Positions 1-11,813 of a DNA stretch of 64,000 nt are shown here, one piece after another; within the stretch, counting starts at the first letter, position 1; each line of letters begins with the position of its first letter. The DNA is taken from NCBI GenBank assembly GCA_964016885.1, contig OZ024754.1:33976001-34040000 (forward strand). Reading direction: 5' to 3'. The notes under the pieces were generated by a model. The model was not told the origin of the DNA and ran no database searches. It worked only from the letters and a program-made list of their open reading frames with translations. The position numbers and the translations under genes are program-made. This DNA comes from Eledone cirrhosa (lineage: Eukaryota).

Positions 1-207
1 GTATCGGTAGAGGGTCGGACACCATGCTTTAAAACATAGTGTTACGGCCCTTTATGATCTGAGTTTAAATCCCGCCGAGGTTAACTTTGCCTTTCATCCT
101 TATGCGGTCAATAAAATAAAGTACCAGTAATGCACTGGAATGGATGTAATTGACTTTACCCTGCCCCAAAATTGTTGGCCTTGTTCCTAAATCAGAAACC
201 GTTATTA
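1..207 (+). mobile_element. SINE family B (cut by window start)
   Basis: Matches other copies. Confidence 0.85.
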
Positions 208-420
208 AGCTGGTGTTTGGAGCATAACTTAATAAAGGGTCTTACATAAAAATATGATGGGAGATTTTAGATAAATATCAACTTCATAGGGTTAATTCCC
301 ACCTACTCTTGGTAGTTATTTTCAGCTAAGTGTAAATGGAACAACATGAAATAAAGTGCTTCCCTCAAGAACACAATGCATCACCCAGTCCAGGAATCAA
401 ACCCACAATATTAAGATTGT

Positions 421-760
421 AAGGCACATGCCTTAGTGGTTAGAACATTGGGCTTGCAATTGAGAGGTTGTAAGTTCGATTCTCAGACCGGGTGATGTGT
501 TGTGTCCTTGAGCAAGATACTTTATTTCACGTTGTTCCAGTTTACTCTGCTGAAGAAATGAGTAGCGACGTCACTGGTGCCAAGTTGTATCGGCCATTGC
601 CTTTCCCCTGGACAACATCGGTGGCGTGGAGAGAAGGGAGGCTGGTATGTATGGGCAACTACTGGTCTTCCACAAAACAAACCTTGCCCAGGCTTGTGCC
701 TCAGAGGGAAACTTTCTAGGTGCAAAACCCATGGTTATTCATGACCGAGTGGGGCCTTTG
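421..760 (+). mobile_element. SINE with family-A head and a different 3' body
   Basis: Same tRNA head and core to about 562, then unrelated sequence. Confidence 0.75.
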
Positions 761-898
761 AAAAGTCCAACATTCTGACCACGAGGCCATACATTATAGA
801 ATTCTCAAAATATAAAGAAATAATAAATAAAACTTAAATAATGGGAAAGAATCTGCAAGGTTTACCAACCCAGTAGGATTGGCAGGAAAAACTCTCTC

Positions 899-1345
899 AA
901 TCACTCACTACCACCAACACCACCATCACTACCAACACCACCATCACTACCAACACCACCATCACTACCAACAGCACCATCACTACCAACACTACCATCA
1001 CCACCATCACCACCAACACCACCATAACTACCAACACCACCATCACTACCATCACTACCAACACCACCATCACTACCAACACCACCATCACTACCAACAC
1101 CACCAACACCACCATCACTACCAACACCACCATCACTACCACCAACACCACCATCACTACCAACACCACAATCACTACCAACACCACCATCACTACCACC
1201 AACACCACCATCACTACCAACACCACAATCACTACCAACACCACAATCACTACCAACACCACCATCACTACCAACACCACCATCACTACCAACACCACCA
1301 TCACTACCAACACCACCACCAACACCACCATCACTACCAACACCT
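899..1345. repeat. CAC-rich ~18-bp minisatellite
   Basis: (ctaccaacaccaccatca)n. Confidence 0.95.
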
Positions 1346-1394
1346 CCACCCTTATTTCCAGAGAGACCTGCCTATACATATATTGTAAATAATA

Positions 1395-1660
1395 TCTATA
1401 TATACAATACTTAAAGTCTGTGATCGCTTGCTTGCTTGTCTGTAATGTAATACAGCCAAAAGGGTACATAATGGGAAAATACTTTGAAAGGAAGTTGACC
1501 CTGAAACGGAGATACAAATGGAATAAAACAAGTTTCGTGTAAATCGGACGACGGGTTCCCGAGATAAGGGGTTTTCTGGGTACTTTCATAAACAGAGAGA
1601 AGGATAGAGAGAAAGAGATAGTGGTTGTGAGAGAATAGCGCCTACTTTGAGAACATCTGC
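1395..1660 (+). mobile_element. Probable Helitron 5' fragment (different family)
   Basis: A|TCTATATATACAATAC...GCTTGCTTGCTTGTCTGT start; the preceding host repeat occurs uninterrupted near 43900-43950; no 3' CTAG hairpin found. Confidence 0.45.
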
Positions 1661-2502
1661 CTTAAAGAGATGAACTGGATAGCACTGACACAGAGTGATT
1701 CAGAATTAAAAATATATAGGAACCCATATACAATATTATCATCGCCAGTTTGCAAGGGTTGTTATGGTACGATATTAGATGGGCCAAGGGGAGCCCCGTT
1801 TAGCTCATACATTCTATTTTGTGGCATGATTTTGACAGCTGGATACCCTTAATACCTACCAGATTCCACTGTGCACTGGATGCATGGCGCCAACACTACA
1901 ATCTACAGAGTGTTCTGTGCACATATATTTACATATAATAAGCATACATTTAACCCCTTTGATATTAACCCCTTCAAACTAATTCTAGCTTTATGAAATA
2001 AAGCGCTTCATTTTAAATAAAACTCTTCCAAATTACTTCATATAAGAATTTCCTGTTATGTTACAAATACCATCTTAATAATTGTTTCTACTTTTGGCAC
2101 AAGGCCAGCAATTATCCCAGTGTATTACTGGTACTTTAGGCACAAGGCCAACGATTTCGGGGAGGAGAGGAAAGTTGATTAAATCGACCCCAGTGTGTTA
2201 CTGGTACTTTATTTTATCGACCCCATAAGGATGAAAGGCAAAACTAACCTTGGCAGGATTTTAACTTAATACCATCTTAATAATGAAATAAATTTCATTG
2301 AAATGTTTCCTTAATTAATTCAAATACAATGTATTTCATTAGAAATATGGTAATGAAAGGGTTAGCTGTGATCATGTCACAGCTACCTCAGCAGCCAGGA
2401 TAAGAGCAACTAACCTTCCTGGTTATTGCTGACCACAGGCTAAACAACAACAACAATACATGGCAATAAAGGATAAAAAAGTGAAACTTTGATGTCACTC
2501 AC

Positions 2503-2571
2503 CTTTAAAGGAAGCTGGTGATTTCTCTTTTTCTTTTTTGTTCATTATCCGAGCTTGCTCTCGTGCTTCTT
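2503..2571 (-). CDS. CELSR: CELSR exon: tail ([22 protein letters not shown])
   Basis: cag|AA ... AAA G|gtgagt; 69 nt; phase 1-1; supported by splice signals and frame only. Confidence 0.72.
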
Positions 2572-5500
2572 CTGCAAAAGACACAGGAATTGACTTGAAA
2601 TCATGAAATAACTGTAGCCCACATAAAGAAAGGACCTTGGAAATAATTCCAAGAGAAGACACAATGTTGGCATTGAATCAATCAAGTAAAGAGAAGTACT
2701 ATATATATATCATCATCATCATTATTTTACGTCCGCTTTTTCCCTGCTTGCAAGGGTGGGATGGGAACTGATGCTGGCTTGATTTCTACAGCTGGATGCC
2801 CTTCTTAACACCAACCTTATTTACAGTGAGTGCTAGGTGCTTTTTTGCCATGGCGCCTACACGACCACTTTGCAGTGGAATGATAGGGACCCCAGTCACT
2901 ATCATCTCATTTCTACAGCTGAGTAAACTGGAGCAATGTGAAATAAAGTGTCTTGCTCAAGGAAACAACACATCACCTGGTCTGAGAATTGAACTCACAA
3001 CCTTTCGATTGCAAGACCAATGCTCTAACCACTAAGCCATACGCCTTCATATATACCCGTAAAAAAATTGATCCCATATAAAAGTCGACCCCTTATTTTT
3101 TGCTCAGATATTTGGGATTTTTCCATGAATCCCGTATAAAAGTCAACCCCTTATTTTATTCTCAGATATTTGGGATTTTTCCATGTATCTCATATAAAAG
3201 TGGACCCCTTATTTTTTGCTAAGATATTTTAGACTTTTCCATGTATCCCGTATAAAAGTTGACCCTAGTTCTTCATGGATAACACAGCAACATCTGTAAA
3301 TCCTAAACATAAATGAGGAGATTAATTTTTCTATGTTAACATGCACTGATGTATGAAAGTTGAAATATTTATAGTACAAAGCAACTGAAAGTACAAGACT
3401 CCCCACTAGACAGGGCACCAGTCCATCACAGGGTTAACCCCCAGCTTTTGCTGGTACTCATTTTCAGTAACATGAAATGAAGTGTTTTGCTCAAGAATAC
3501 AACACACAACCCAGTCCAGGAATCAAACCCATGACATTATGATGATAAGTCTAACACCCTTACCACTAGGCCACATGACTTCACACTCTTATTTTTCTTG
3601 GACATTTTATACCTGGCAGAGCCATTCATTTCAGAGAATGAGAGAAAATGATAAAGACAGACAGAATCGATTCCAGTATTAGACTGATACTTTATTTATT
3701 GATCTCGAAAGGATAAAAGGGAAAGTTCACCTTGACAGGATTTGAAATCAGAGTCCAGTGATCCAAAAAGGGAAAGTTCACCTTGGCAGGATTTGAAATC
3801 AGAGTCCAGTGATCCAAAAAGGGAAAGTTCACCTTGGCAGGATTTGAAATCAGAGTCCAGTGATCCAAAAAGAGAAAGTTCACCTTGGCAGGATTTGAAA
3901 TCAGAGTCCAGTGATCCAAAAAGGGAAAGTTCACCTTGGCAGGATTTGAAATCAGAGTCCAATGATCCAAAAAGGGAAAGTTTACCTTGGCAGGATTTGA
4001 AATCAGAGTCCAGTGATCCAAAAAGGGAAAGTTCACCTTGACAGGATTTGAAATCAGAGTCCAATGATCCCAAAAGGGAAAGTTCACCTTGGCAGGATTT
4101 GAAATCAGAGTCCAGTGATCCAAAAAGGGAAAGTTCACCTTGGCAGGATTTGAAATCAGAGTCCTGTGATCCAAAAAGGGAAAGTTCACCTTGGCAGGAT
4201 TTGAAATCAGAGTCCAATGATCCAAAAAGGGAAAGTTCACCTTGGCAGGATTTGAAATCAGAGTCCTGTGATCCCAAAAGGGAAAGTTCACCTTGGCAGG
4301 ATTTGAAATCAGAGTCCAATGATCCCAAAAGGGAAAGTTCACCTTGGCAGGATTTGAAATCAGAGTCCAGTGATCCAAAAAGGGAAAGTTCACCTTGGCA
4401 GGATTTGAAATCAGAGTCCAGTGATCCAAAAAGGGAAAGTTCACCTTGGCAGGATTTGAAATCAGAGTCCAGTGATCCAAAAAGGGAAAGTTCACCGTGG
4501 CAGGATTTGAAATCAGAGTCCAGTGATCCCAAAAGGGAAAGTTCACCTTGGCAGGATTTGAAATCAGAGTCCAGTGATCCAGAACAAATACTAAGGCAGG
4601 CATATGATCCAATGCTCTGTTCACTTTCCTGATATTTGTACATTGTTCTATGAGTTGTAGTGCACCTGAGCACTGTACACAATAATTTCCATTATTTAAT
4701 GACTCTCCCAGTTCACCTGCTCAAGAAAAACTTGATCACTTACCAACTTTTTTGTTCTTAGGCATTTCCCATTTAGGTCCATCGTCCAAGTCTTCATCGT
4801 CTGATGAATGGCTGGAGGCCAGCTCCAGACTAGCATGGTCATCAGATTCCTCACTGTCAGAATCAGACTCAGGTTTTAAATTGGTTGTCTTTTCACCTGT
4901 ATCTGGATCTGCAGAAATTTTAACAAAACAGTATTTTTCATTAAAAATATAATCACAAAATGGTTACAAGAATGGAAAATCTTTTATCTTAGCCTTTTAG
5001 CATTTACATTCCTATATACTATTTCATTTTCATGGTAAACACTTTATCTCATATAATTATCTCACATAATATGGAATCTAAAAGATTTTGTTGATATATA
5101 TTTTGAGAACAATACTTTAACATAAGTATGAGCAGCCGGTTACGGCCTGTTTAAACATTAAGAGATGAGAGAATTCTGGCCGGATACGGCCAGTTTAAAT
5201 GCTAAAGGGTTAAAACAGCGGTTCCCAGATGAAATTGAAATAACAGTTTGTACATATGTAGATGTAGCTGACTTCATACAAAGTTGTATCCCATAGGAGG
5301 TTTCTTTGGTATTTCAATGACAGGGGGCCCCACGTTGTTGTTACAGCTCACCCCCTATACAGATGTAGCTGGCCTCCTACAAGGTTGTATCTCATAGGAG
5401 GTTTCTCAGGTGTTTTAAATGGAGAGGCACAAGTTCTATCATGTTGTTGTTACAGCTCATCCCCATAACAGATTTCCTGAATGTTTTAAGGATAAGGGTC

Positions 5501-6624
5501 CCAGTTATATTAGATACAGACACACATTGTAATTAGTATAAGGTGACAAGTCAGTCAATCATATTGGTGGCTTCCCCACAGCCTCGGTGGACAGAATAAA
5601 GAAGGCGTTTCCCCGGAGGACGGCAAGGGAGACGTGCTGGAAAAGCATAGTTCATATATTTCTATATCACACATTCTCTCCTTCACTGGAAGAAATCTTC
5701 TTGTAGGTCAGCTGGGCAGTGGGACTGAGCTCCAGCTGACCTACAAAGTGGCTCAAATAGGCTGTTTTTATCACAGAGTGGCTCAAATAGGCTGTTTTTA
5801 TCACAAAGTGTCTCAAATAAGCTGTTTTTATCACAAAGTAGCTCAAATAGGCTGTTTTTATCACAAAGTGGCTCAAATAGGCTGTTTTTATCACAGAGTG
5901 GCTCAAATAGGCTGTTTTTATCACAAAGTGTCTCAAATAAGCTGTTTTTATCACAAAGTAGCTCAAATAGGCTGTTTTTATCACAAAGTGGCTCAAATAG
6001 GCTGTTTTTATCACAAAGTGGCTCAAATAAGCTGTTTTTATCACAAAGTAGCTCAAATAGGCTGTTTTTATCACAAAGTGGCTCAAATAGGCTGTTTTTA
6101 TCACAAAGTGGCTCAAATAAGCTCTTTTTATCACAAAGTGGCTCAAATAGGCTGTTTTTATCACCTCTGCTGGACAAACATCCTCATTACAGCACTGGCT
6201 CCACCAAATTGGGTTGGGTGTGAAAGCAAGAGCTCAGCGCTATAACTGATGCAATGTTTGGATTACACTAACCTAAAGTGCATATAGTTGCAGCTGGGCA
6301 TTGCTTGTGAAACCATTCAGCCAAAGAAATTCCATTAAAATAAATTTACACCATGAATTCGTTTGGTGGAGCCGGTCCAACCCACCCTGGGTGGATGCCA
6401 CCACAAGTACAAGTAAGTAAGTGGTCCCGTGGTCAAGTGATTAGTTCTAGCGACAATCAATGAACAGAGAAGAAGAGTAACACATTGACAGACAGGCTGA
6501 TAACAATAATAATAATAATGGTGAAGAAAGTGAAGAAGAAAACACAAGACAATGTCTTAGTGAAATATGTGAGGTGAAAGTGAAGAATTGTGACAAGTGA
6601 CAAGAGTTTGAAAAGTGAATAAAA

Positions 6625-6662
<38 letters not shown>

Positions 6663-6869
6663 ATACTGAAAGCTAGTATACATCAACATCTATCTCGATC
6701 TCAGAGACTCATCAAACTGGAGCTTATCTCAGTTTGATTGAGAGTACAATACTTCTCCTGGATAGGAAGCCAATCCTTCACTGCTGGCATTTTTTTCCAC
6801 TGAAGTAACATGAATTAAAGTTTTTGCACAATTTGAATGTACTAGGCTGCCTGCCTTCATCTAGTGTGT

Positions 6870-6910
<41 letters not shown>

Positions 6911-8472
6911 TGTGTATATGTGTGTGTGGAGGCACATGGCTTAGTGGTTAGCGCATTGGCCTTGCAATCGAAAGGTTGTGAGTTCAATTCTCAGACCGGG
7001 TGATGTGTTGTTTCCTTGAGCAAGACACTTTATTTCACATTGCTCCAGTTTACTCAGCTGTAGAAATGAGATGATAGGGACTGGTGTCCATATCATTCCA
7101 CTGCAAAGTGGTCGTGGAGGTGCCATGGCAAAAAAGCACCCAGCAGCCACTGTAAAAGAGGTTGGTGTTAGGAAGGGCATCCAGCTGTAGAAATCAAGCC
7201 AGAATCAGTTCCCGTCCCACCCTTGCAAGCAGGGAAAAGCGGACGTAAAATGATGATGACGATGATGATGATGATGATGATATACATACAAACACACAAA
7301 AGTAATCTTATAAGTACATAGCTTCCATGCAATGAAGTACAAGCACACATATCCATCCATGGTTTCTTATCTCCTGATTGAATCATAAGCCACAATCCCT
7401 CCCTTCACCCATTAAACATTTCCCTTCACCCATTAAACATTTCCCTTCACCCATTAAACATTTCCCTTCACCCATTAAACATTTCCCTTCACCCATTAAA
7501 CATTTCCCTTCACCCATTAAACATTTCCCTTCACTCATTAAACTTTTCCTTTCATCCATAAAACCTTTCCCTTCATCCATTAAACCTTTCATAATCAGTT
7601 TGGGCATTTAAACCTGCTGAAGCCCACCCCTCTAAAGGTCTGAACACAGCAGATTTCTTCCAGAAAAGGATATATAGAGAGACAGAAAGTGATTAACAAT
7701 GAACTGCAGTACTTTGGTATGGAATAGTATGGTCCCCTAACTCCTGCGGGAGTCGTACAAACACCGGTGACATACGGAATTTCTTGGACATTTTAAGCTT
7801 GGCAGAGCCCATACCTTTCCAAGCCTGAGTACAGTAGATTTCTTCCAGAGAAGCATAGAAAGAGAGCCTGGTCCCAGTATCAAACCTACAACCTTATGAT
7901 CCCATGTCCAATACTCTAAGCACTTAAACAATCATCATTGTTTAACATCCATTTTCTATGCTTGCATGGGTTAGATGGTGCACATCTTGTGCTGTGAAGT
8001 GGGATGAAACCTACTCATGAATACAAAGCAAAGTTATTAACCAGTCCTAAAGTCTGTCTCAAGCCTGGCTGCTGCTTATCCCAGTTTCCATGACATAAAG
8101 CAACTGCTTTATATATATATATATCATCATCATCATTTCATTTTACGTCCACTTTTCCCTGCTTGCAAGGGTGGGACAGGAACTGATTCTGGTTTGATTT
8201 CTACAGCTGGATGCCCTTCCTAACACCAACCTCATTTACAGTGAGTGCTGGGTGCTTTTTTGCCGTGGCCACTTTACAGTGGAATGATAGGGACCCCAGT
8301 CCCTATCATCTCATTTCTACAGCTGAGTAAACTGGAGCAATGTGAAATAAAGTGTCTTGCTCAAGGAAACAACACATCACCCGGCCTGAGAATTGAACTC
8401 GCAACCTTTCGATTGCAAGGCCAATGCTCTAACCACTAAGCCATGTGCCTCCATTATATATATATATATATA

Positions 8473-8514
<42 letters not shown>

Positions 8515-8817
8515 TATATATTATTATATATATATTATTATATATATATTATATATATTTTTTTAGGAACGATCGACTTTCGTCAAATCGGACCGACGAA
8601 ACAGTGTTTCCGTCGGTCTTTCCAATTGCTAATACTATCTATCGGTCGCAACTCCAGGTAGAAGGAGCAACGTGAAATAAAGTGTCTTGCTCAAGGACAT
8701 AACGCATCGCCTGGTCCAGGAATCGAACTCACAACCTTACGATTCTGAATCCAATTCTCTAACCACTCAGCCACACGCCTTCACTATTATATATATATAT
8801 ATTATATATATATTATA

Positions 8818-8864
<47 letters not shown>

Positions 8865-9697
8865 GTTGTAAGGTTGCAATAAATGCGTCCGTAGGTGGTA
8901 TGCTGTTTGAGCACTCGATGCTCACGTGGAGCAGAGTATATACTTATAGATAACGAGGAATCAATTTATTAACATATTACATATGTTTCTTCGACAATCA
9001 GCTCAAGGCAGGATCTGTTACAGATCGAACCTGACTCTGCACTCGCAAGGTCCTCAGATATGTTTATCGTTTTCAAGTATGAAGAAATTCCTTGAAAACA
9101 ATAAACATATCTGAGTTTGTTGCGAGTGCAGAGTCAGGTTCGATCTGTAACAGATCCTGCCTTGAGCTGATTGTCGAAGAAACATATGTAATATGTTAAT
9201 AAATTGAGTTTTAATGCATTACTGATCCCTTGTTATCTATAAAGATATATATATATATTGAGAGAGAAACTGTGTATAAGAGGGATAAGCTGTAGTGTGC
9301 AGGAGAGAAGACTGCATTGGTATGGACATGTGATGCACATGGAGGATGACCGCTGGGTAAAGAAGTGCCAAGAAATCCCAGTAGAAGGAAGACGCAGTAG
9401 AGGAAGACCACGAAAGACATGGGCGGAGGTGGTGAGAGCTGACCTCAGATCACTGAAGCTCACAGAAGAGATGAAAAAGGACCGTGGCGAATGGAGAGAT
9501 GCTGTGCTGAATAGGACCTGTCCCACCCTTGTAAGCAGGAAAAAGCAGACATAAAATGATGATGATGATATATATATATATATATATGGTTGTTTCTCCT
9601 TTTCCTGTTCCATACAACCATTCTCAGTCCGAGCTGAAGATCCGCAAGGTAAAACAATTGTTCTCGTTATGGTGAACTAACTGTTGTGTTACTACTG

Positions 9698-9738
<41 letters not shown>

Positions 9739-10520
9739 TATATATATATATATATTACTCTTTTACCTGTTCCAGCCATCCAGCTGAGGCCATGCTGGGG
9801 CACCGCCCTTGTTGCTACACATTTCATCTCCAGCCTGTATTGGCTGGCCACTGATGCAAGAGGGACTTCGTTGCTGTTGACCTTAAGTTTCCCTCGTGCC
9901 TTGCTGTGGGCTCATCCGGGATCCAGGATAGCAAGGTGTCGAGATATTTCTTGAAGACATCCACATCCACACCATGCAGACCTCTCAGATCTCCCGGCAG
10001 CTTCTTGAAGAGTTGAGGGCCCTTGAACCCCAGTCTATTGCATATATATATATATATATAAGCTCTCATGCACTCGTCTTTTTTTCCTCTTCTTTCACTA
10101 TATACACACATCTCAAACTGTGAATTGAAAAGTAAATAAGAAAAAGTGACATTGATGGTACGTTGGTGGGTTGGTACCAGTAATTAGAACGTACCATCAG
10201 GGTGGTGGTCGTCATGTTGTGGCAGTGGTGGTAGTGGTGGTGGAGGTAGGTGATAGGAGTCATACGGAGGAATACCAGTGTTGGGTGGATGCATGGACAT
10301 AGAAGGAGCATGGCCTGACGTGGTGGAGGAGTTTGTGCTGCGCATGTAATCATCTCCTTTGTACAGGCCACCACTACTGGTCTTACTTGTGGAACGAGAT
10401 GTTGTAGACGTTGTCGAGATACCAATGTTCATTCGATTCAGGCCTCCATCCATTGATGAGTCATTGCGGTAAGCAAGTGCTGATCTCTGTATGAAATGAA
10501 GAGAGAGAGTTAAAACAAGA

Positions 10521-10564
<44 letters not shown>

Positions 10565-10740
10565 CGAAGGAAATGTGGTAAGGAACCAGGTGGACCATAA
10601 CGCACCAAAGTACTCAATACTTAGGGTAGTAGAGTGGGTAATAGGAACAAGTAAGACCCCGACGGCTGAGCTCAAGCCGTTTCGCGTACAGAATTAGCCG
10701 TCGAAACGGCTTGAGCTCAGCCGTCGGGGTCTTACTTGTT

Positions 10741-10790
<50 letters not shown>

Positions 10791-11091
10791 AAGTAATTCC
10801 GTCGGAAAAGTCCAGGAAAAAAGAGTGCTCTATGTAGGTAACAGAGCTTAATAGTTATGTAATAAACAACATAAGGCAATTATTCCATTTACCAGTGGTT
10901 TCTTAAAAGCCAAAAATGTTGCTTTCAATCATCAGAATGAAACAATCCTGGTCTGTTTATTGATATTGGATTTTAAAATCCAATATCAATAAACAGACCA
11001 GGATTTTTTCATTCTGATGATTGAAAGCAACATTTTTGGCTTTTAAGAAACCACTGGTAAATGGAATAATTGCCTTATGTTGTTTATTACA

Positions 11092-11142
<51 letters not shown>

Positions 11143-11543
11143 AAAGTATTTCCATAGAAAACGTAAATGAAAGAAGAGTGCTCTATGTATTGTACAGAGC
11201 TATTTAATTACATAATAAACAAAACAATAATATCATTGGTAATGGAATAATTATATTGTGTTGTTTATTATATATATATATATATATATATATAACGAAG
11301 GAGTTGTGGTAAGGAATCAGATGGACCATAACGCACCAGAGTACTCAATACTTAAGGTAGTAGAGTGGGTAATAGGAGAAAGTATGACGCCGACCGAAGA
11401 GCTCAAGCCGTTTCGACAGCTATTTCTGGACAGCCGCCGAAACGGCTTGAGCTCTGCCGTCGGGGTCATACTTTCTCCTATATATATATATATATATATT
11501 TTATCGTGAACTCGTGCGCCGATTTTTCGATACTCGATTATTC

Positions 11544-11585
<42 letters not shown>

Positions 11586-11739
11586 AAAGGAATTGTGGTA
11601 AGGAACCAAATGGACCTTAATGCACCAGAGTACTCAATACTTAGGGTAGTAGAGTGGGCAATAGGAGAAAGTATGACCCCGTCGGCAGAGCTCAAGCTGT
11701 TTCGACGGCTATTTCTGGAATATTGGTATAATCTGAATG

Positions 11740-11813
<74 letters not shown>

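Noticed and set aside
879-1589. His-rich and Val-rich ORFs
   Set aside because: Translations of a CAC-type minisatellite without splice or homology support
3692-4682. 310- and 328-aa ORFs and a CRISPR-like regular array
   Set aside because: Pure 51-bp tandem repeat (a multiple of 3) with no unique spacers, SINE-derived and intronic; no cas genes
6928-7000. tRNA genes at SINE heads
   Set aside because: A and B boxes are present, but the heads run into SINE body and tail in many dispersed copies
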